From the IMG/VR virus record IMGVR_UViG_3300008255_000259, positions 1 through 36,705 of that record: 36,705 nucleotides of DNA. The stretch is one strand, 5' to 3'. Positions 1-6,900 of the stretch are shown one piece after another. The DNA is from a virus. Its lineage: Duplodnaviria > Caudoviricetes. The position numbers and the translations under genes are program-made. Under the pieces are notes generated by a model that did not search any database, had not been told where the DNA came from, and saw only the letters and a list, made by a program, of their open reading frames with translations. Positions within the stretch are counted from its first letter, which is position 1. The number at the start of each line of letters is the position of its first letter.

Positions 1-37
1 CGGGTACGGGTCCGGGGACGGGGACGGGTGCGGGTAG
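1..37 (+). repeat. 3' end of (GGGNNC)n Gly-X repeat gene (GYGSGDGDGCG-stop)
   Basis: GGG TAC GGG TCC GGG GAC GGG GAC GGG TGC GGG TAG at 2-37; continues the ORF that starts at 36625. Confidence 0.85.
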
Positions 38-49
38 TGCCCCATTTTA

Positions 50-77
50 CGCTCCCCTGCTTTCCTGCAGGGGCGCG
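50..77 (+). terminator. GC-rich hairpin after the Gly-repeat gene (possible terminator or processing site)
   Basis: CCCCTGC-TTTCCT-GCAGGGG stem-loop; no clear U-tract. Confidence 0.4.
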
Positions 78-140
78 TGATAACGAGATCACCGCGTCAA
101 GAGCGCGCTTCACTTTCCCACAATTTAATCCTGAGAAACA

Positions 141-162
141 GGAGGACGCATGACCGATCCCG
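141..162 (+). repeat. 22-bp direct repeat A, copy 2 (RBS plus ATG)
   Basis: GGAGGACGCATGACCGATCCCG, identical to 36537-36558. Confidence 0.95.
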
Positions 163-239
163 CCACCACAAAGAAACTTGCCGAACGCGCCCACGCAATG
201 GCCGATGCGATGGTTGCTGCACAAGGAGAAAAAGCATGA
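150..239 (+). CDS. 29-aa phage peptide (MTDPATTKKLAERAHAMADAMVAAQGEKA)
   Basis: GGAGG RBS; ATGA overlap with next gene; AxAMADAM motif resembles C-termini of small phage proteins. Confidence 0.55.
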   Translation: MTDPATTKKLAERAHAMADAMVAAQGEKA

Positions 240-243
240 GCGA
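222..243 (+). repeat. 22-bp direct repeat B, copy 1 (RBS plus ATGA junction)
   Basis: CAAGGAGAAAAAGCATGAGCGA; one mismatch to 447-468. Confidence 0.92.
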
Positions 244-631
244 CAACCTGAAAGTTGGCGATTATGTCCAGCGCAAGCCGGGTTCCAGCTATCTGTTTCC
301 CAGCGTCATTATCGGCCTCAATCCCAAGCTTGACGGCAAGACAATTCATGCTGAGTGCGAGGGCTTCCTCCCCGGCATGGAAGGAATGACACACGTCTTT
401 CCGGTGAGTGGGCTGGCCCCGATGGAATATCGCTGGCTTCAAGGCCCAAGGAGAACAAGCATGAGCGAGAAACAATTATTGCCAAAAAATACCCCCATAA
501 TGAGGAGGCAGGGTGATGACCGAAGCAGAACGGGAGCGGGAGGCTGTGGTGGCGTGGTTGCGGCGAAGGGCAGATTTTTACGCACGCAAGGCGAAGCTGC
601 AACAGAAAGATTATTTCGAACAGGCATATGA
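236..631 (+). CDS. Hypothetical protein (MSDNLKVGDYVQRK...), possibly a fusion or frameshift remnant
   Basis: AAGGAG RBS before ATG 236; a second RBS and in-frame ATG at 461; 3' part overlaps gene 516-707. Confidence 0.55.
   Translation: MSDNLKVGDYVQRKPGSSYLFPSVIIGLNPKLDGKTIHAECEGFLPGMEGMTHVFPVSGLAPMEYRWLQGPRRTSMSEKQLLPKNTPIMRRQGDDRSRTGAGGCGGVVAAKGRFLRTQGEAATERLFRTGI
447..468 (+). repeat. 22-bp direct repeat B, copy 2
   Basis: CAAGGAGAACAAGCATGAGCGA. Confidence 0.92.
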
Positions 632-707
632 CATGCTCCGGGGGACAACGAAGGGAGCCGCCGACGCAATCGAACGCGGCGATCATATCAAGGATAGTGC
701 GCCATGA
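516..707 (+). CDS. Small hypothetical phage protein (MTEAEREREAVVAWLRR...AADAIERGDH)
   Basis: GGAGG RBS upstream; helical composition; ATGA-coupled to next ORF. Confidence 0.7.
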   Translation: MTEAEREREAVVAWLRRRADFYARKAKLQQKDYFEQAYDMLRGTTKGAADAIERGDHIKDSAP

Positions 708-841
708 CCCCACGCATACCCCAGGCAGCGCCGATCATCCGCAACGCGCGCTACATGCGCTCAAGCCCCAGCGTGTGGCCATTGCGCGGCGCAGACGGTC
801 GCACGTGGGCCGAGCGCAAGGCTGCGGAAGGGAGAGGGTGA
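704..841 (+). CDS. 45-aa hypothetical protein (MTPRIPQAAP...WPLRGADGRTWAERKAAEGRG)
   Basis: Manually translated; ATGA overlap at its start and TGATG overlap at its end. Confidence 0.5.
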   Translation: MTPRIPQAAPIIRNARYMRSSPSVWPLRGADGRTWAERKAAEGRG

Positions 842-866
842 TGCTCGATCAGCCAACAGCCTGCGA

Positions 867-1607
867 GTGCATCGACCTTGGAAGATCGCTTTGACAATCG
901 CCGTCATGTTTGAAGCCTCTGGCATAGTGCGAGACGCCTTGATAGCTGAAGGCTATGACGCGGTGAGTATTGACCTGCGACCAACGGAGCAGCCGGGGCC
1001 GCACATTGTCGGCAACGTCTTTGATCACCTTGAACGTGGATGGATAGGGGCAATTGTGCACCCGGATTGCACCTACTTGTGCAGCTCCGGCCTGCATTGG
1101 AACCATCGCGTTCCTGGACGAGTGATGATGACAGCCCGCGCGCTGCATCACGTGCGCCAGCTTATGGCCTGCACGATCCCTGTTTGGGCAATTGAAAATC
1201 CGCGCGGCTGCATTGGCTCAAAGATCAGAAAGGCGGATTGCGTGGCGCAGCCGTATCAATTCGGTGATGACGCCAGCAAGGAAACCTTTTTCTGGACAAA
1301 GGGATTGCCCGCACTTGTGCCCACACATCGCGTGCCCGGACGGATGGTGAAAAACCCGCGCACAGGCAAAGTGGTTGAACGATGGTCGAACCAGACAGAC
1401 AGCGGTCAAAACAAGCTAGCTCCATCGGCTGATCGTTGGTCAGAGCGCTCGCGCACCTATCCGGGCATAGCAAAAGCGATAGCGCTTCAATGGGGCGCTG
1501 CATTGTCGGGTGAGATAGCGATTAGAGACTTATTCGACCTTGGAGCAGTGTCTTGCCCCACCGCGCCACACCTCGCCGTGGCGGATCGCAACTGGTTCGT
1601 GCGATGA
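867..1607 (+). CDS. Phage DNA cytosine-C5 methyltransferase-like protein (start may be TTG at 891)
   Basis: FEASGIVRDA (motif I-like), SIDL, HPDCTYL (catalytic Cys region), IENP (motif VI), QPYQFG, RSRTYPGIAKAIALQWG. Confidence 0.8.
   Translation: MHRPWKIALTIAVMFEASGIVRDALIAEGYDAVSIDLRPTEQPGPHIVGNVFDHLERGWIGAIVHPDCTYLCSSGLHWNHRVPGRVMMTARALHHVRQLMACTIPVWAIENPRGCIGSKIRKADCVAQPYQFGDDASKETFFWTKGLPALVPTHRVPGRMVKNPRTGKVVERWSNQTDSGQNKLAPSADRWSERSRTYPGIAKAIALQWGAALSGEIAIRDLFDLGAVSCPTAPHLAVADRNWFVR
1557..1594 (+). repeat. 38-bp direct repeat C, copy 1, with internal CGCCAC/GTGGCG inverted repeat
   Basis: CCCACCGCGCCACACCTCGCCGTGGCGGATCGCAACTG; one mismatch to 2605-2642. Confidence 0.95.
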
Positions 1608-2368
1608 TCGAGCGTGACGAAAGCGGTGTCCTTCACATTGTCGCACTAAGTGGCGGTCACGATAGCACGATCATGGCGTTCTTGCTTAAAGAACGGGAAC
1701 CGCGCCCATACAATTATCTCATCACTCCCACAGGCGATGAGCTGCCTGAAATGTTTGAGTTTTGGCGCTGGCTTGGATCGTTAGAAGCGCTGGGCAAGCC
1801 ACTTATGCCGATCATGGCGAACACGCTCAAAAAACTTATCCGCGAACAGAAAGCTATACCCAATAATCGAATGCGCTTTTGCACCCGGATGCTCAAGATT
1901 GAACCTTACCGCGAGTTCCTTAAGCAACAAACAGCGATTGGGCCTGTTGTCTCTTATGTTGGACTGCGGGCGGATGAGGAAGGGCGGGCTGGCGGTGCCT
2001 ATGATGATATTGCCGGTGTCACTATGCGCTTCCCTTTGCGTGAGTGGTCTATGGGGGAAAACGAAGTGCAGTCGGGCCTCGCGGAGCGCGGCATTGTGGT
2101 GCCCGACCGCACAGATTGCGCTCGTTGCTATCATCAGCGCCTTGGCGAATGGTGGTTGTTGTGGAATGATTACCCGGAGATATTCGCTGACGCAGAAGCC
2201 GACGAGGTAGAGCTAGGCCATACGTGGCGAAATCCATCCCGCGACACGTGGCCCGCAGCCCTGTCTGATCTGCGGAAGCGATTTGAAAATGGGGAGGTGC
2301 CACCGCGCACTGTTCGCCAATATGATCTTTTCAGAACATCAGGAGAATGCCGTGTCTGCACCATGTAA
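1604..2368 (+). CDS. PAPS-reductase/DndC-like PP-loop protein with candidate Fe-S cysteines
   Basis: SGGHDS PP-loop, TGDELPE, RFCTRMLKIEP, VGLRADE, FPL, CARC and C-terminal CRVC; ATG overlaps the MTase stop. Confidence 0.85.
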   Translation: MIERDESGVLHIVALSGGHDSTIMAFLLKEREPRPYNYLITPTGDELPEMFEFWRWLGSLEALGKPLMPIMANTLKKLIREQKAIPNNRMRFCTRMLKIEPYREFLKQQTAIGPVVSYVGLRADEEGRAGGAYDDIAGVTMRFPLREWSMGENEVQSGLAERGIVVPDRTDCARCYHQRLGEWWLLWNDYPEIFADAEADEVELGHTWRNPSRDTWPAALSDLRKRFENGEVPPRTVRQYDLFRTSGECRVCTM

Positions 2369-2598
2369 AACCGTCGAAACCGAAAGCTATTCAGTCCAAA
2401 TCGGGCTTTTCAGCGCCGATTCTAACTCATTGGAAATATATGGCTTTAGCCAGTTTTGGGAAGCAAAACGGGGTATTTCGGCGCCAATTGGCTGTCAAAG
2501 CTTATGCGGACAGCATTGAAAGCGATAACCCAGTGATGGCCGCAGACTTACGCAAGGCGCTGATTAATCCAGAGCAATTCCCAGCGCAGCATTTTTGA
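2347..2598 (+). CDS. Hypothetical protein (true start possibly ATG 2440)
   Basis: Only ORF filling the space inside repeat pair C; no recognisable motif. Confidence 0.4.
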   Translation: MPCLHHVKPSKPKAIQSKSGFSAPILTHWKYMALASFGKQNGVFRRQLAVKAYADSIESDNPVMAADLRKALINPEQFPAQHF

Positions 2599-2604
2599 AT
2601 TTAT

Positions 2605-2642
2605 CCCACCGCGCCACACCCCGCCGTGGCGGATCGCAACTG
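2605..2642 (+). repeat. 38-bp direct repeat C, copy 2
   Basis: CCCACCGCGCCACACCCCGCCGTGGCGGATCGCAACTG. Confidence 0.95.
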
Positions 2643-2649
2643 ACACGCG

Positions 2650-3006
2650 CTACAGCTCGCAAATAAGCCGATAGCCTCCGTCACAAAATTCAATGTCGAA
2701 AGGCATAGAGCCTTCAATAAACCATTCCCGAAGATAACTGATTTGTGTTTTCACAAGATTGGAAAAAACAGGCTTGTTGGATTGTGCAAGAAATTCACTC
2801 TTGGGAACAAGATCGCCTTTTGCGTGCAGCAGCAGGCAAAGATAAGCAAGGCGTTGCGGGGGAAGTCTTTCTTGCAGAAAGTCGCAATAGGATATGACGC
2901 AATCCGGCTCGAATGAAATGCGCAGCCGCTTCCACTCGAACACCGGCGCGATTGCTTGGCCACAGCATTTGCAAAGCCCCTCTTTTCCGATCCCACGAGG
3001 CCACAT
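2650..3006 (-). CDS. Stand-alone OmpR/PhoB-type winged-helix DNA-binding protein with N-terminal Cys cluster
   Basis: LPPQRLAYLCLLLHAKGDLVPKSEFL...NLVKTQISYLR...GGYRL pattern; CKCCG at N-terminus; no receiver domain. Confidence 0.75.
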   Translation of the reverse strand: MWPRGIGKEGLCKCCGQAIAPVFEWKRLRISFEPDCVISYCDFLQERLPPQRLAYLCLLLHAKGDLVPKSEFLAQSNKPVFSNLVKTQISYLREWFIEGSMPFDIEFCDGGYRLICEL

Positions 3007-3278
3007 TATTCGCGCAACTCTCTATCATCAAACGATGCTCCATCGCGCGAAACACTCGCAAGCATCCGGCGACCAAGCACCCAGCTTAACGCACCGGTGC
3101 CCAAGAACACTTGCACATGAGCGGCCAGCGCGAGCCAGAAGATAAATCCTGGATGGCCGCGCAACTGATAGAGAGAGACAATGATAATGCCGCTAAAGAT
3201 GACGCAGCCTCCCACAACCGCAATAAATGCCCATGCGCGACGACCGTCAGGCGTCATAATGGTCGGCCAGACGGTCAC
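3006..3278 (-). CDS. Putative holin (2 TM segments)
   Basis: Two hydrophobic helices and a charged C-terminus; GTG start overlaps the endolysin stop. Confidence 0.6.
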   Translation of the reverse strand: MTVWPTIMTPDGRRAWAFIAVVGGCVIFSGIIIVSLYQLRGHPGFIFWLALAAHVQVFLGTGALSWVLGRRMLASVSRDGASFDDRELRE

Positions 3279-3658
3279 GGATATTGCTTCCAGGGAAGTT
3301 GCCAATGCGGCCCATCCTTGAAGGTGCGCCAATCGCCGCCCCATTCAATTGGTTGATCCAGCTCTTTTGCGGCCTGCTTCATAGCCTTGGCGATCTTGTG
3401 ATAAAGAGGCCAATCCCAACGCACTTCACCGCCAACCCATGCGCCAAGATCAACCGCATGGCCGGTCAGATGCCGTGAGCGCATGGTTTTTGATGCACCT
3501 TTGGCGACCAATTCCTTTTGGCGCGAAAGCGACCGGATGCCCTCAAGCACAGTGAAATCGACTTCGCTTATCTCAATCGCGCGATGCACGACTTTCACAA
3601 GATCAGGGTGAACGCCCACAAGGCGCTTGAGGGAACGGCTTCCAAGTTTGAACATCAC
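3275..3658 (-). CDS. Endolysin, M15 family (L-Ala-D-Glu-type) peptidase
   Basis: EGIRSLSRQ, SRHLTGHAVD, WGGDW, DGPHWQL zinc-peptidase motifs. Confidence 0.93.
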   Translation of the reverse strand: MMFKLGSRSLKRLVGVHPDLVKVVHRAIEISEVDFTVLEGIRSLSRQKELVAKGASKTMRSRHLTGHAVDLGAWVGGEVRWDWPLYHKIAKAMKQAAKELDQPIEWGGDWRTFKDGPHWQLPWKQYP

Positions 3659-3945
3659 TTTTTGCTCCCTTGCAATTCAGCAATATCTTGTGCGTTACGG
3701 TTAATCATCCCCTCAAGGCGCGCGTGAGCGTCTATGGCTTGCGATGCGCGATAACGATCTTCCGAAGTAAATTCAACGGCGGTTTTCATGGTGGCAATGT
3801 CAATTTTCATTTCAACGACAAGCGTTCCCAGCCATGCAATTGACGCGACAGCAAGCGGAAAACACAGCCCAACAATCCACGCAAGCGCCTTGACCCACAA
3901 GGGAAAACTTACCTCATGTCCGTCCACTTGCGCTATCTCCGTCAT
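3655..3945 (-). CDS. Single-TM coiled-coil protein (lysis-associated, holin or antiholin candidate)
   Basis: One TM segment followed by a coiled coil, directly upstream of the endolysin. Confidence 0.55.
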   Translation of the reverse strand: MTEIAQVDGHEVSFPLWVKALAWIVGLCFPLAVASIAWLGTLVVEMKIDIATMKTAVEFTSEDRYRASQAIDAHARLEGMINRNAQDIAELQGSKK

Positions 3946-3950
3946 GACAA

Positions 3951-6900
3951 TCAGTTTGCTTTCTCGCCAGCTACGGCTTCAATGAAAAACTCGCGATCCG
4001 AAGGCAATACGCCGCCTTCGCGATTACCGGAACCCCATACCGCAGCAGCAGCACCAGTTTTGTTCAAGCGGCCAATGGCATAGGCTTCAAATGCCGGTTC
4101 AAGCACTACATCATACAACGCGCCCGCCGCCGCACGTTCCGCGCTATTGGTGTTTTTGCTATTCGCGTCAGTTGCCAAGCTATAGGTTTTTTCTATCAGA
4201 TCAGCAGGGCGACCAATGACCGGACCCATCATGCTTTCAATGATGCCTTGACGATACCGCAGCCCCCACAGCGCATTTAGCGGGCGAGAGGCAGCGCCAG
4301 TAATGCCAGCGCGATCCGCCGCCTCAAGAGCATCCAAAGCCAATCCCTCAAGCGTGCCTTCATCCTCTTCCTCTTCGCGGCCACCGCCAAAGATCATTGG
4401 ACGAATGATGCTGTTCAAAACCGAATGCACGGCAAACAGTCCTGCCATACCGAATGCCGGATAAAGCAGGGTCGGGTCTTTGGTTTTGATCGCCTCCTTG
4501 CTTGTGCGATAAATGCGATCCAGCACGTTCTTCTTGTAGCCATAGGAGAACGACATTAGCGAGAAGAACAACGAGCCAACCGGGTGACTTGCCCAACTTG
4601 GCTTTTCCGCGCGAGAGGGCTTCATAATCGTCTGATTGACGAACCGCATTAACGCTGTGCGATATTGCTGCGTCATCATATCTGCGTCTGCGCTACCAAT
4701 GGCTTCCGGCGAAGGGCCACCGCTTTCGCGCAGCCATGCCGCAAATTCCTTGGGGTTTTTCACGCCCAATTCTCTCAAATATCCAGCAGATTGCGCAGCC
4801 CTTGGGCCGTCCAGATCAGCCGCAAGATCAGAAACGAATTTCTGTCCCATGCGCGTTGCTTCAATACGGCTTCCTTCGGTCCATTGATGCAGGCCGGTAG
4901 CGCGGAAAAAGCCTTGTTGCACCTTTTGCGCACGGCGCGTCATAGTGCTCATTTCATAGCCAGAACGCGCGGCCAGAGCTTCGCTTACCATTACGTCCGT
5001 AGCAATGCCAAGAGCTTCAGCCATGCGCTGCGCTTCATCAGGCGGCGCGTTGCGGAGTTGGCGAGCAAATTGCCGCGCAGTATTCCGAAGCATTGGCAGG
5101 CCATATTTTGGGCCAGCGCGAACAAAGCCCATCATGGCTTCGGAAAGGCTGGTATAGGTTGCGCGGTCCAGCGTGCCGAGCTGCGATGCAGTTTGCAGCA
5201 GGCTTGCGGTATTGCGCCACGATCCAGGCGCAGTATCAATGCGCCCCAAGTTTGTGTTGACCATCTTGGCCAAGACATCGAGCGCTTCGCCAGCATCTTC
5301 GCCGCTTTCGCGAACCTGCTTTTTAATGCGCTCCATCATCGCGCGCAGTTTGGGACGGCCATCGCCCTCAATGCCAAAGCGCCGCGCTTCTTCAGCCTTG
5401 CGCGCCGCGCCGATCATGTAGGCAGTAATGACTTCGCCGGTATCATTCTGATAGAAGTCGCCCAGCAGCTTGTCCGCATCCTTGCCAAATTCGCGCGCCT
5501 TGGTTGTCTTGCGACCAACGCCAGCAGGTCGAGTATCGCGGAACAGGCTGGCATATTCCAGACCGCCATCAAGGCCCGCATATTGATCGACAATGCGCGC
5601 CATCCACGCGCTTGCAGCAGCCTTCGCAGCATCAGCATCAAGGCCGTGGCGCTGATAAAGCTGTTCGGCGCGTTGCCGGAACAAGTCCTGTTTCGTGATA
5701 ACCTTTTCGACATTCATCCAGCGCGGGAAATAACCATCAGTCACTTCGCCAATGTCTTCGCCAGCTTTCTTGCGATAGTCGATTGTGTCTTTCAGGAGCG
5801 CAGCAATGTCAGCAGCAGCCTTTACTTCCGTCGCCTTCCCCGACGAACGGCGCGAGGGATCGCGGAGCATGAGGCCAATACGTTCCATTGCCGATTTGTC
5901 ACCCTGAAAGGGAGCAAGGATTTGCCACGCTTTTGAAGCGCGGCCAAAGCCTTCACGGTCAACTGCTTCGTGGTAGGTTTCGCCAACTGCCTTATCCATT
6001 TTGCCAGCACGAGAATGAAATATATCAGCCAGATCATTGATCGCGGCGCTGTTATAGCGTTCAGCCATTTGCCGCATTCGGCTGTCCATTGTGTAGAATG
6101 CCCAGCGCCCAACGTCAGCAAAGCCGGAGCGGCCAACACTCTTAAGCGTTTCACGAGGGTTTCCAACAATCTTGCGGATTGCCTTCGCGTCACGCTTCAG
6201 CCCATCCCCATCAATCAGCTTTTCGCGGATAAACGGCGCGGGGTTTTCGCGCAAATCCATGATCTTTGCCGCGCGCGGATCAGAGCGCCGGATAAAATCG
6301 CGCGCCTCCATGCGGCGCTTCGCCTGCAAAGGTGTAATACCAAGGCGTTCAGCTTCATCGCGTTCAAGTCTGCGCTGGCGATCCATTCCGTAATCAGGAT
6401 CATACGGGCCTTCAGAGCCTTCCTTGACTTGGCGCACCAGGCCTTCAGGAATTGGTTTCCTGCGGCCAGCATGGTATTGATAAATTTCCTTTCCATCAGT
6501 GTCGATTGCGGAGAGAATAATCTTGTCTCGCAGCGCTCTTTTGACAACCGGAACATCAAGGCTTGCCCTGTCTCCGACCAAGAAAATGTGCGAAGCTCCG
6601 CTATTTCGCCCAATACGGCGCATAATTGCGGCAAGCTCTTTGTCGCTGCGAGTTTTGGCCGGATCGTAGTCAAGAATGACGCGCACTTTTCCTTTAGAGG
6701 TAGTGCCGATCACTGTCACATAGCCCGGTTTTTGCAATTCTTTGCCAATCGCAACAACATCGCTAAAACCTCGAATTACCTTGCTCAAGGCAGAATGTTG
6801 AACGGCAGGTTCGGTATCAGGCGCACCTTCGATGTCATGCGTGAGCGCATTGCCCTTGGCGTTGATTTCGGCATATTTGTTGGAATTGATAACAATATGG

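Noticed and set aside
1604-2368. cysH sulfur-assimilation auxiliary metabolic gene
   Set aside because: Lacks the typical C-terminal ECGLH motif and any cys context; coupling to an MTase favours another role.
1557-2642. 38-bp repeat pair as a CRISPR array or IS ends
   Set aside because: Only two copies, about 1 kb apart, in direct orientation; no cas or transposase gene.
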